From NCBI GenBank assembly GCA_963729625.1, contig CAVSOU010000007.1:64001-128000 (forward strand): a DNA stretch of 64,000 bases, written 5' to 3'. This DNA comes from an uncultured bacterium (lineage in GTDB: Bacteria; Chloroflexota; UBA5177; JANWHV01). Shown here one piece after another: positions 1-9,720 of the stretch; the stretch's first letter is position 1; each line of letters starts with the position of its first letter. Below the pieces are notes generated by a model. That model saw only the letters and a program-made list of their open reading frames with translations. It searched no databases and was not told the origin of the DNA. The translations under genes were made by a program, and so were the position numbers.

Positions 1-195
1 ACCGTACTCCAGAACACTTACACAATCCCTGAGCCGCAACTGCTGCCATGCTGTATGTGCATGGTCCATTGTGCGCACTCGAACTCCATAGCGCAAGAGC
101 CACACTGGGGTGATCGACGGGAACCCAGCGGATGTTGGCTGGCCCTGCTCCAGGATAAGCATGACAAGGGCATGACTCCAAAGTAGTACGCTCAA

Positions 196-891
196 GTGAT
201 GGACGAAGAAACCGCGGCCCTGCTAAGTATCCTTCGGACAAGCCGCCGGCCCTCCCTGCGACTTGAGGTCGTACGGCAGATCGCCGAGCGCAACGCGTCT
301 GAGGCGATTCCAGCCCTCCTGGAAGTCCTTGACGAAGCCGGCGATCCACGCGCGGTAGCTCTGGTCACGGCTGCTGTCTCCGCTATACAGCGCATGGGCG
401 CCGCGGCAGCCCCGTACGTCCTGGCTGCACTTGACGACCGAGGTGGCAAGCGCCGGCAGTTCGTTCCGCTCCTGCTCGCGTCGTCCCTTGGTAACGATTC
501 GCTGTGGAGATTGCTTGATGCGCTGCGCGACAGTGACGTCGAAGTGGCGGTGAACGCCGCGACACAACTTGGCCAGTTGCGTGTGCCCGAAGCATTCGAC
601 CGACTCCTCGACCTCGTGCGTGACACCACTGAACCAGCCGCGCTCCGCGGCGCCGCCGCAGCCTCACTTGGCGCCTTGCGAGACCGGAGGGCACTGCCAA
701 TCCTCGTGGACCTGTTGTCCGCGCCGGAACGCGATCTGCTCGCGGGGGCTATCGATGGATTGGCCGATCTGCGCGATCCGGACGGGATACCGCATCTGGA
801 GGCCCTGTTGGAGCAAACAGATCTCGACCCATCTACAGAGCGCGCCATTCGCCTTGGGCTGCTGGCCATGGAGCGATATCGGTCTCACTAG
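196..891 (+). CDS. HEAT-repeat (PBS lyase-like) protein
   Basis: Repeated helical units such as LRDSDVEVAVNAATQLGQL, LRGAAAASLGAL and LLAGAIDGLADL. An in-frame TAG at 184 bounds the ORF upstream. Confidence 0.8.
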   Translation: MMDEETAALLSILRTSRRPSLRLEVVRQIAERNASEAIPALLEVLDEAGDPRAVALVTAAVSAIQRMGAAAAPYVLAALDDRGGKRRQFVPLLLASSLGNDSLWRLLDALRDSDVEVAVNAATQLGQLRVPEAFDRLLDLVRDTTEPAALRGAAAASLGALRDRRALPILVDLLSAPERDLLAGAIDGLADLRDPDGIPHLEALLEQTDLDPSTERAIRLGLLAMERYRSH

Positions 892-1110
892 ATCGCCTGG
901 ACGAACGACGCGACGATTGTTGCAAGATGCTCAACCCGGCACACAAAGGCACGCACCGTATTCCTCACCGAACGTCATGGTCAAAACCGGGAGGTCTGCC
1001 ACCCCGCCGCCATCGAGACGTCTGCCACAACGTGTGGGATGCCGCGGGCTGTGCACAGATCGATGTGGGGCGCCCGGCGGGCGCCCCACATCTTGTTTCC
1101 TCGCAGCCGA

Positions 1111-2106
1111 TCAGCCGAGGTATTCGCGGAGGCTTTCTATTTCCTGCAGGCCGCGGATGCGATTGAGTGCCTGGGCCTCAATCTGGCGAATCCGCTCGCG
1201 CGTCAGGCCAAACTCGCGACTAACTTCCATGAGCGTGCGGCTGCGTCCATCCGTGATGCCATACCGCAGCTCAAGTACTTGCCGCTCGCGATCCGGCAGC
1301 CGATTCAGCAGCGTGCTGACGTCATGCCGCATCGTGCTTTCGACAGCACTCTCGACTGGAGATGCGGCGCCGGTGTCCTCGGTGAAATCCCCCAGTGTGT
1401 GCTCATCGTCGCTACCCAAAGTTGTTTCCAGAGAAATGGGCTGCTGCACGACATGCATCAGTCCGGCAACCTTTTCGGGTGTCATTCCGACTTCTTCGCT
1501 GATGCTCTCGGCCGTGGGATCCTCACCGAGCTCCTGCCGGAGATAGTCCACGGCAGCGCTCAATTTGCTCATCTCCTCGTACACGTGTACAGGCACGCGA
1601 ATGGTGCGGCCACGATCGGAGAGAGCGCGAGTCACAGCCTGGCGGATCCACCACACGGCATACGTGCTGAACCTGTAACCCTTCCGGTAATCGAACTTCT
1701 CTACGGCCCGGATCAGGCCGATATTGCCCTCCTGGATGAGGTCGAGGAGAGGAAAGCCCTGATTCAGGTAATGCTTCGCAACGCTGACTACAAGGCGCAA
1801 GTTTGCCTCGATCATACGTCGCTTGGCGCCCTCATCGCCTTCTTCGATGCGCTTCGCCAGCTCAATTTCTTGTTTTGGCGTGACGCGCGGAATCTTGGCG
1901 ATTTCCCTCAAGTAGTTCGCGACACTGTCAACGACGACGCTATGCTCGGCAACCTCCTCCGGCTGCTCCGCCTGCTCACCCGTCAGCTCAGGCAGATCCT
2001 CGCGGGGTGCTTTGCGTCGCAGCGGCAGGATTCGTTTCACACGGACAGGCGCGCGATCGTCGCTGGTCTCCTGCCGTTCCTGCACGCGCGTCTCCAATTC
2101 AATCAT
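1111..2106 (-). CDS. Sigma-70 family RNA polymerase sigma factor (RpoD-like, probably group 2)
   Basis: Region 1.2 [10 protein letters not shown]; region 2 [11 protein letters not shown] and [33 protein letters not shown]; region 4 TRERIRQIE. Confidence 0.95.
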   Translation of the reverse strand: MIELETRVQERQETSDDRAPVRVKRILPLRRKAPREDLPELTGEQAEQPEEVAEHSVVVDSVANYLREIAKIPRVTPKQEIELAKRIEEGDEGAKRRMIEANLRLVVSVAKHYLNQGFPLLDLIQEGNIGLIRAVEKFDYRKGYRFSTYAVWWIRQAVTRALSDRGRTIRVPVHVYEEMSKLSAAVDYLRQELGEDPTAESISEEVGMTPEKVAGLMHVVQQPISLETTLGSDDEHTLGDFTEDTGAASPVESAVESTMRHDVSTLLNRLPDRERQVLELRYGITDGRSRTLMEVSREFGLTRERIRQIEAQALNRIRGLQEIESLREYLG

Positions 2107-2586
2107 TCGTACACATCTCCATCATGGGCTCACCGCGCGACCGATAGAATAGAACGGGTCCTTCCCGCGGCGTGTTGTAGAAGGCCCCACGAAATGACAT
2201 GCGAAAGTCGCTGAAAGTACAGTATTTTGGTCCGACCTAATAATACGCCAGGGAAAAGAACCTGTCAACAGTTGATCCCCGATATGTTGTGGTCTTCGTG
2301 ACACTTTATGCTACGTGACACCAACTGTTCATTTCCTATAGAATGGATTCCACGATAACAGGGCAACGCGCTCCGGCCGCCGCCCCGCGCGCACGGCTGT
2401 TCTGCCGGTCCGTTCGCAATCGGCAGGGCGGGCCACCTGACATGGAGGCACGTCCCTCTCGCCGCGTGCTCCTCGGTCGAACCGTGCGGCACCGCCTCGC
2501 GAACAGGTTCAGCCCGGGCGAGGCCGGATGACTCACTCTTTGCCTTAGGATCAAGGCGGGCAAGAGAAGGGCTGCGTCCTGACATG

Positions 2587-2611
2587 AAAAAGTGCAGAGC
2601 CCCCGCTCTGC
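2587..2611 (-). terminator. Intrinsic terminator of the 2673-2987 gene
   Basis: Minus strand reads GCAGAGC-GGGG-GCTCTGC followed by ACTTTTT. Confidence 0.75.
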
Positions 2612-2672
2612 CCAGGAATTCCTCTCATTGCTCCTTGAAATAGCTGTTTCGAGCCGTTGAAAGAATACAGCG

Positions 2673-2987
2673 CTATGGCTCGAAGACTAGGATGATCATT
2701 ACTTCAGCCTCGTGCTCGTCATTGCCCTTTCTGTTTTTGTACATACGGCTTGCGGCTGTTTGGAAGCGAATCTTTACCCCTTCCTCCTTGGCAATTGTGC
2801 GATAGCGAGCCTTAATTGTCTCGTCGCGCTCGTCCGGGCCCAGAGTGAGCTCAAGAGCGCGTCCCTCATCCTTGGCCTGATGCAACCATTGGCGCGCGTC
2901 TTCGCGCTCCTTCTGAGCGTGTTCCCCCGCACGTCGCCGCGTAGCTCTTTGTACCTCATGCCTTTCAATTAGCCGAACTTTTGGCAC
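2673..2987 (-). CDS. Small charged hypothetical protein (104 aa, MPKVRLIERHEV...)
   Basis: GTG start at 2987 after AAGGTAGGTG, extended -10 upstream, terminator downstream. The upstream part of the 201-aa track ORF overlaps the next gene and is unlikely to be translated. Confidence 0.7.
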   Translation of the reverse strand: MPKVRLIERHEVQRATRRRAGEHAQKEREDARQWLHQAKDEGRALELTLGPDERDETIKARYRTIAKEEGVKIRFQTAASRMYKNRKGNDEHEAEVMIILVFEP

Positions 2988-3035
2988 TTGAGCACCTACC
3001 TTACATCTTGCACATGAATTGCGTTCTTTGAGAAC

Positions 3036-3044
3036 AATATAGCA
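3036..3044 (-). promoter_or_regulatory. Extended -10 promoter element (TGCTATATT)
   Basis: TGnTATATT in an AT-rich stretch about 50 nt upstream of the 2987 start. Confidence 0.5.
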
Positions 3045-3167
3045 TACAACGATTTGCACATTGAGCCTCCGTTTCTTGACAGGCGGCCCACTGCGGCCTA
3101 CCATCAGCGTGAACGGCGCGCTGCCGGCGCTGCACAGGGTCACCCATCGACGTAGTAGGGCAGAGCG

Positions 3168-4274
3168 ATGAGTCAGAGCGTTCTCCATTTCGCGAATCTG
3201 CGCTTGGGTGCCGCGTTCGCATCTCTCGGAATCCGCGGACGCGACGTCCGCGCGGAGCTGGTGGCAACGCTCGCACATATCGGTGATATCGCGACGAGCC
3301 GTCAGATCACAGCGGTGGTCGTGTCCGGTGATCTATTTGGGTGTGCGGTGCCTGCAGCCGTGACTCTCAAAGCCGTACAAGCCTTCTTCACAGGACTGAA
3401 GGACGCGCATATTCCGGCAGTCATTCTTCCCGGAGCCCGCGACCCTGAGGGCGCGTTCGATAGGACCTTCCAGCCCGACAGCCAGGACTACTGTCCCGGT
3501 GCATTTGTACTGGGACCGGACACGGCGTGCGTGAGCCTTCCCACCGAAGAAATCGACGTCTATTCAGTTTTGCTGACTTCCGGCGCGTCCGGAGTGGTCA
3601 CTACCCGCGTTCCCGTGCTGACAGCGGCGCCCCGCCTGGCAATCGGCGTCGGCTACTGGTCAGGCAGATCCGCGCCCGACCTGGCGGCTATGGCCGAGGC
3701 CGCGGCGGCAATCGGCATTCGCTACGTCGGTGTTGGTGGGTCTTCACCGTTCGATTTCGGCACTGGCAACGGCTCAGTCGCCTGTTCTCCGGGAGTTCCT
3801 GAACCTGTGGACTGGGATCACGCCGATGGGACTGTAGCACTGGTCCAGTTTGACGACGAAGGTAATTGCCGGGTCGAGCGTTTGCCGACTGGCACGCTTC
3901 GCTTCGTGCGGCGCGAGCTCAACATGTCGACCGGGTCGAAGAGTGGGGTTGACGAGCTGCTGACCGACATGAGTGATGCGCGCCTGGGACTGGAGCTCGT
4001 GCTTACTGGCGCGTGCCCGCCGGGCGCCTCCATCAATCCCGCGGCAATTGAGACAGAATTCGGTGATAGGTTCTTCAACTTGCGTGTAGTGGACCGCACT
4101 GAGTTGCAGACCGGCGCAGGCGGTGCCGTCTCAGCCCCGCAGGGCACCGTCCTCGGTAACTTCGCGCAAATAATGGAAGGGCGAATCAGTGCCTCAGCGG
4201 ATGCGGAAGAGGCTGATCTTCAGCGTGAAGCGTGTCGTCTCGCAATACACCTTCTGCAGGGAACTCAAACGTGA
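3168..4274 (+). CDS. SbcD/Mre11/YhaO-like metallophosphoesterase-fold protein, predicted catalytically inactive
   Basis: Motif positions are recognisable (HFANLRLG, VSGDLFG, ILPGARD, YVGVGGSS, SPGVPEP) but most metal ligands are substituted. Coupled to an SMC-like ATPase. Confidence 0.8.
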   Translation: MSQSVLHFANLRLGAAFASLGIRGRDVRAELVATLAHIGDIATSRQITAVVVSGDLFGCAVPAAVTLKAVQAFFTGLKDAHIPAVILPGARDPEGAFDRTFQPDSQDYCPGAFVLGPDTACVSLPTEEIDVYSVLLTSGASGVVTTRVPVLTAAPRLAIGVGYWSGRSAPDLAAMAEAAAAIGIRYVGVGGSSPFDFGTGNGSVACSPGVPEPVDWDHADGTVALVQFDDEGNCRVERLPTGTLRFVRRELNMSTGSKSGVDELLTDMSDARLGLELVLTGACPPGASINPAAIETEFGDRFFNLRVVDRTELQTGAGGAVSAPQGTVLGNFAQIMEGRISASADAEEADLQREACRLAIHLLQGTQT

Positions 4275-6418
4275 CCGTTAACTTCTCCTCGCTGTCGATC
4301 GACAATTTCAAGGCGTTCGAGCGAGCTGTGGTTCCGTTCTCTCCTGGGTTCAACGTCATAAAGGGCCCCAATGAAGCGGGAAAAAGCAGTATCCAGGCGG
4401 CCATCCTGATGGCGTTGTTCGCCGATCCGCGAACAATGGACACGCAGCTCGAAGAGTTTATCCGCTGGGGGCAGGAAGAGCGGCCGAAAGTCAGGCTCGA
4501 GTTCGACACTGACACCGCAAAGTACGTGATCGAGAAGGACTTCCAGCAAGGCACGGCATTGCTTTCCTGGGTGAGCGACACCGACGATTCCTCGACAAGC
4601 GACCCGTCAGAAGCGCTTCGAATTGTCGGCGATCTGCTTGGCTCTGCGTCTCTGGAAACCTACGTCAATACGGCTTGCATTCGCAGCGAAGAGGTGAGCA
4701 AGCTTCCGTCGGCGGCAGCGCCTGTCAGCCAGCGCCTGCAATCGAAGATGACGTCAGGGCGCCAGGCCGAGGCGGCGGATGTGCTTGCCCTGATCGAGCA
4801 CGAGATTGCATCGCTGTCACCTGGCGGTCTACGGAAGATAAGCGATCCCACCCCGCTGCGTGCATCGCGCGAACGAATCGAGGCTCTGCAACGAAAGGCG
4901 AAGGCCAGTGCGGAGAAGCTCGCAACGTACGTGTCTAGCACCAGAGTACTGGTGCGCCTGCGGCGCGACCTCGCGGCGGTCGAGCAAGATATTGCCGAGT
5001 GGTCTCGCAGACTCGAGCTGAGTGACCAAGCCCAGACGTTGGCCGAAGATATCGCGTTGCTCGAGGAGCATGAGTCGGAGCTCAAAGGCGTGGAACAATT
5101 GCACGAGAGTGTGGGCCAAGCCGCGGAGCAACTGAGCGATCTCGATTATGACACCGTCTCGCGCACCTTCGAGCATGTTCAGGCCCTGGAACGGGACCTG
5201 CAGAAGCAAAGAGTGCGCGAGGCCGATATCAACCACCAGCTGGCCTTACTTGTGCTGGATCGGCTGCAGGACCTGCCGGCGATCTCGCCGGGCACGCTTG
5301 TCGCAGGAGGCGCGCTGACGTCGATTGGCTTCGCCGGGCTGGCCGCGGCGACACATATTATGGCACTGTTCGCAGGAATACTCGTCGGATTCGCTATCGC
5401 CGCTGGCTCTTTCTTTGCGCGGCGAAATGTCCGCGTCGACAATTCGCGAGAATACGCGGACGAGCTGACAACTTGCGTGGCGCAGATTGAGCAGATCCAG
5501 CGTGAGATCAGCCGGCTGCTCTCGATCTACGGGCTGCGGTCTGTGGGCGAGATGGGCATCGCACTTCGCGCCATACGGCCGGGCACCGACGCACGCGCGA
5601 TTCGGCAAGAGCGCATTGAGAAGCTGCTCGGTGACGAACGAATTGGCAACCTCCAGGTTGGGTTATCGGATGTCGCCGCGCAGATTGCCGCGAGGCGGGC
5701 CGAGCTGGACCAGCTCGCGGCGTCTCGTCTGTCTGGCTCAGCGTACGAGCAGGTCGACGGCATGGTCCATTCGCTGAACGAGAAGAAGGAGTCGCTGCAG
5801 CGCGAGCTCTACCGCCTCGAAGGCGAGCTCATAGCCAACACGGTAACAAGCGAGTCACTCGCCGAAGTGGAAGAAGAATTAGCCACGGAGCAAGTTCACT
5901 TGGCCCGACTCGAACGACGCTACAAGGGTCTTGACCGCGCCCGGAGCGGCGTGCGCGAGGCGATATCCGCTACGCTCGGACAGGTGAGCGGCGCCTTCCG
6001 CGAGGGCATCTCCAGACATATTGCGCAAATGACAGACGGCCGCTACAGCGAAGTGGACGCACAGATCGATGAAAGTGGGCTGCGCCTCATGGTCCAGACT
6101 TCCGACCGCAGGCACGCAGTACGGGCGGACAGTCTCAGCCGCGCAACACAGGACCAGATTTACCTGGCTGCAAGGATGGCGTTACTCGAAGTCGTGTCCG
6201 ATGGACGTAAGCCCCCGCTGCTCCTCGACGATCCCTTCGTCAACTACGATGAGAGCAGAATGGGCAATACGCTCGGACTCTTGCTCGACTTGTACCGGAA
6301 TTACCAGGTGATCCTGTTTACCTGCGTCGACCGATACGACCGATTTGCCGGCAGTGTGTTCAGCCTTCCGGATCCGACGGCAACACTCGAAGCTCCGACT
6401 CAGGCGGCTACGTCGTAG
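4271..6418 (+). CDS. SMC/Rad50-like YhaN-type ATPase with long coiled coil and central transmembrane hairpin
   Basis: Walker A GPNEAGKS, signature LSRATQDQIYLAAR, Walker B LLLDDPFVNYD, central hydrophobic TLVAGGALTSIGFAGLAAATHIMALFAGILVGFAIAAGSFF. GTGA overlap with the upstream stop. Confidence 0.88.
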   Translation: MTVNFSSLSIDNFKAFERAVVPFSPGFNVIKGPNEAGKSSIQAAILMALFADPRTMDTQLEEFIRWGQEERPKVRLEFDTDTAKYVIEKDFQQGTALLSWVSDTDDSSTSDPSEALRIVGDLLGSASLETYVNTACIRSEEVSKLPSAAAPVSQRLQSKMTSGRQAEAADVLALIEHEIASLSPGGLRKISDPTPLRASRERIEALQRKAKASAEKLATYVSSTRVLVRLRRDLAAVEQDIAEWSRRLELSDQAQTLAEDIALLEEHESELKGVEQLHESVGQAAEQLSDLDYDTVSRTFEHVQALERDLQKQRVREADINHQLALLVLDRLQDLPAISPGTLVAGGALTSIGFAGLAAATHIMALFAGILVGFAIAAGSFFARRNVRVDNSREYADELTTCVAQIEQIQREISRLLSIYGLRSVGEMGIALRAIRPGTDARAIRQERIEKLLGDERIGNLQVGLSDVAAQIAARRAELDQLAASRLSGSAYEQVDGMVHSLNEKKESLQRELYRLEGELIANTVTSESLAEVEEELATEQVHLARLERRYKGLDRARSGVREAISATLGQVSGAFREGISRHIAQMTDGRYSEVDAQIDESGLRLMVQTSDRRHAVRADSLSRATQDQIYLAARMALLEVVSDGRKPPLLLDDPFVNYDESRMGNTLGLLLDLYRNYQVILFTCVDRYDRFAGSVFSLPDPTATLEAPTQAATS

Positions 6419-7784
6419 AGGTCCCATAGCCCGGACGTATGTGCATGCTTCCTCCTGGCTTGCCGCAGACACGTCCCTCGCGCGCAACGATCTTTCCGCG
6501 AAGTAACGTCATGTCAGGCGCTCCCGTAGCCGCCACGCCGTCAAACGGTGTCAGCTTGTTGGGAGACAGCATATCCGCATTGCGAATCACGGATTGAACT
6601 GCAGGGTCGACGACGACAAAATCGGCGTCGGAACCGATGGCGATGCATCCCTTTCGTGGGCCCAAGCCGTACAGTCGCGCCGGTACCGTACACATCACCT
6701 CCACGAGCCTGTCAAGACCGATATTCCCCTCGTGCACGGCGCTCAACATCAGCGGCAATGATGTCTGCACGCCAATTGCACCCGGACTTGCCTGCCACAC
6801 GTCGCGCATCTTCTCTTCTAGAGTATGTGGCGCGTGATCCGTTGCAATGCAGTCGATAGTGCCGTCAAGCAGTGCGCCCCACAGCGCCATCCTGTCCCGC
6901 TCGTGCTTCACGGCCGGATGAATCTTCATCGCAGTACCCAGGCGAGCATAGTCCCGCGAATCCAGAAACAGGAACGGCGGGATAGTCTCCGCCGTGACGG
7001 GAAGCCCGTCGCGCTTCGCCTGCCGCACCAGCTCGACTCCAGCGGCAGAGCTGAGATGATGGACGTGCACCCGGGCGCCGGACCGGCGGCACAGATCAAT
7101 GGCGTGGCGAAGAGCCAACGTTTCAGCCTCGATCGGCCGTGCCTCGACATGTGCCGCGGCGTCCATGCGCCCTGCGGTGCGAAGTCTGCCCGTACAATCG
7201 AGCACGAGCTGACGATCTTCGGCATGCACGCCGATGATCGCGCCGGCACGAGCGACGCATTCGAAGTAGGGAAGCGCCTCGCCTGGCAACGGAAGGCGGA
7301 CTCCAGGTGCAACTTCGATACCGGCGAGCGACATGTCCCACTTGAATCCGGCAACGCCCGCCGCGACAAGTGCTGACACCTGGCCTGAATCGGCCGAGCA
7401 CAGGTAGGCATAAGCGCCAAAGTCGACAAACGACGACCGTCGTGCCACTTCCAGCTTTGCCAGGAAGCGATCGACGCTGACGACCGCCTTGCTACCGTTG
7501 TTCGGCATGTCGAGTATCGTTGTGACGCCGCCTGCCGCCGCGGCGGCCGACTCGCTCTGGTATGTTGCCTTATACTCCAGTCCTGGCTCGCGAAAATGAA
7601 CGTGAACGTCCACGACGCCGGGCAGCAGGTACTTCCCGCGTGCGTCGAGCGAGGGACCCATGTCCGGTGGCGCGCCACCTGCGTAGATGCCGCTCACGCG
7701 ACCGCCGTACACGCCTACCGCGCCGTCGACCAAGCCGTGGGACGTCACGATCCTGGCGTTTACGACGAGAAGATCGAGTGTCAT
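6408..7784 (-). CDS. Cyclic amidohydrolase (allantoinase/dihydroorotase family)
   Basis: DVHVHFREPG, GGVTTILDMPN, VHAED, HVHHLS and ATDHAPH motifs. Confidence 0.88.
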   Translation of the reverse strand: MTLDLLVVNARIVTSHGLVDGAVGVYGGRVSGIYAGGAPPDMGPSLDARGKYLLPGVVDVHVHFREPGLEYKATYQSESAAAAAGGVTTILDMPNNGSKAVVSVDRFLAKLEVARRSSFVDFGAYAYLCSADSGQVSALVAAGVAGFKWDMSLAGIEVAPGVRLPLPGEALPYFECVARAGAIIGVHAEDRQLVLDCTGRLRTAGRMDAAAHVEARPIEAETLALRHAIDLCRRSGARVHVHHLSSAAGVELVRQAKRDGLPVTAETIPPFLFLDSRDYARLGTAMKIHPAVKHERDRMALWGALLDGTIDCIATDHAPHTLEEKMRDVWQASPGAIGVQTSLPLMLSAVHEGNIGLDRLVEVMCTVPARLYGLGPRKGCIAIGSDADFVVVDPAVQSVIRNADMLSPNKLTPFDGVAATGAPDMTLLRGKIVAREGRVCGKPGGSMHIRPGYGTSTT

Positions 7785-7939
7785 TGCACATCAAAGGATA
7801 CCCGTTTCCGGCTTGCCGGCGGCAAGGCTGCGTGTGCCCCATCGCCACGTGGTACCTTGGAGCTCTACAGAGGTGGTGCCGGTGGTTCAATGCCCAGCCT
7901 CAGCGACGTTCGTAACACCCACAGGACGAAAGACGGCAA

Positions 7940-8728
7940 ATGGTCAAGAATGCCGTGAGCGGAAGCGCGGATCTCTATGCACGCATCAGGGCCGCCTGGG
8001 ATGAGGACGCGGCCGAATACGACCAGAGGCCGGGCCACGGCATGCTCTCCGATCTCGAGCGGCGGGCCTGGACTTCTGTCCTTGCCAGGATGCTGGCGGC
8101 GGTGCAGCCTAACGACAGCCTTCGTATCCTTGACGTGGGCACCGGAACGGGGACGCTCGCCCTCGTTCTCGCCGCGATGGGACACAGGGTGACCGGCGTA
8201 GATTTCTCAGAGGCGATGCTCAATCATGCTCGCGACAAGGCTCAACGCGCTAAGCTCAGCATCGACTTTGTGCTAGCCAACGCCGCACGCCTCCCGCTCG
8301 AAGACAACGCGGTAGACGTCATTTTCTCGCGTCACGTGTTCTGGACGCTTCCACAGCCGATCCGGACCGTGCGCGAGTGGAGGCGGTGCGTGCGCCCGGG
8401 CGGCATCGTCGCCATCGCCGATGGTTGGTGGGGTGAGCCCTCGGCAGCCATGCGACGGCGCAGAGCAGTTGGCACGTGTATTCGGCGGATTCTGGGCCAG
8501 CCACATCGAGAGCACGTGGGCTACGCGGAGCTTCGAGGTAAGCTACCGGTAGCCGATGGAGTCTCTCCGTACAGCATCCGCTATTACCTCGACCAAGCCG
8601 GTCTCGATCGCTTGAAGGTTACTGACTTGGGGACAATCCGCGCGGCGGAGCGACGTTCCGTACCACCGTGGTACTGGGTTGACCGCGCGCGCTACACATG
8701 GCTCGCGACGGGTCACAAGCCGGTATGA
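7940..8728 (+). CDS. Class I SAM-dependent methyltransferase
   Basis: ILDVGTGTG, VTGVDFS and RPGG motifs. Confidence 0.9.
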   Translation: MVKNAVSGSADLYARIRAAWDEDAAEYDQRPGHGMLSDLERRAWTSVLARMLAAVQPNDSLRILDVGTGTGTLALVLAAMGHRVTGVDFSEAMLNHARDKAQRAKLSIDFVLANAARLPLEDNAVDVIFSRHVFWTLPQPIRTVREWRRCVRPGGIVAIADGWWGEPSAAMRRRRAVGTCIRRILGQPHREHVGYAELRGKLPVADGVSPYSIRYYLDQAGLDRLKVTDLGTIRAAERRSVPPWYWVDRARYTWLATGHKPV

Positions 8729-8916
8729 TCGGGCTGTGCCGCGATCGATGCCCGGAGTGCGCACTGCCCGGGGAGCAACACCAGGGGGGCGCGTGGGAAG
8801 CGAGTGCGTGACCCGCACTTCGCCGTTGCCGTGCGTTGGCTGCGTCAGTGACCGAATGAACGGTGGATTCGGTCGCGCACCTTATCACGCGGTGCGGTAA
8901 ACCGGAATCGGTGTCG

Positions 8917-9642
8917 TCAGGGAAGCAGGAGCAGCCGCGAGCAGGCAGGGCAAGACGGCACGCCTACTCCCATGCGGAGCATCTGCATCGCCTCACCCGG
9001 AACCGAGCGGTGACAATGAGAACACTCGCCACCGGCAGCGGTGGCGAACGGATGACCGCCCGTGGTCGGATACAGTACGCGATATCTTTCGCGAAGAGCC
9101 GGCGGGAGCTTTCGCGCGGCCTCCCGGCGCAACACATCTACTGCCGCCAATCGCTCCTCTGCGTCGTGAACTTCACTCTCTGCCCGGGCCCGCCGCACCT
9201 GTGCATCTCGCTCTTCGATCAGCAACGCCGCGCGTGCCGGTGCCAGGGCCGCCAGCGCGGCCTCTTCACGCTCAGACGTCTCCATCCAGGCGTTTTCGTT
9301 ATCCGCAATCAGGTGCTGGAGCGTGGAAATCTCGTGTTGCGCCGCCTCGATTTCGCGTGCCGCCTGCAGCCTTCCTGAGGCAAGGCGCTCCTCGGTCCGC
9401 TGGTTCTTTGCTTTTGCGTCCTCGACTGTTGCCTCGAGTTGCCGGCGATACGTTTGCAGCTCGGCAAACGTCCTTTCAGCCAAAACATACTTAGTATGTG
9501 CACGCTGCAGACGATCATCGTGCTCGAGCTGCTGCTTCGCATGAGCGATTGCGGATAGTATCCCCGCCCGTTCCCTGTCGCCGTATGCCAGTTGGCGAAG
9601 TGCCTCCCAAAGTGCAGCGGGCAGCGCAGTATCAGGCATCAT
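8917..9642 (-). CDS. Coiled-coil protein with C-terminal C4 zinc ribbon (DUF164/CT398-like)
   Basis: Long coiled coil followed by CSHC...CPACSRLL. Confidence 0.82.
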   Translation of the reverse strand: MMPDTALPAALWEALRQLAYGDRERAGILSAIAHAKQQLEHDDRLQRAHTKYVLAERTFAELQTYRRQLEATVEDAKAKNQRTEERLASGRLQAAREIEAAQHEISTLQHLIADNENAWMETSEREEAALAALAPARAALLIEERDAQVRRARAESEVHDAEERLAAVDVLRREAARKLPPALRERYRVLYPTTGGHPFATAAGGECSHCHRSVPGEAMQMLRMGVGVPSCPACSRLLLLP

Positions 9643-9720
9643 GCAACAAACGACCGCGGAGCCCGGACCTGCGGCGCCCGACCAAGCTTGAAACCTGGCG
9701 ATGAGCAGCGATGGAGCATG

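Noticed and set aside
1039-2214. Long antisense or alternative-frame ORFs (also 192-869, 12783-13790, 40118-41179, 60520-62040)
   Set aside because: Shadow ORFs of well-supported genes, expected in GC-rich DNA.
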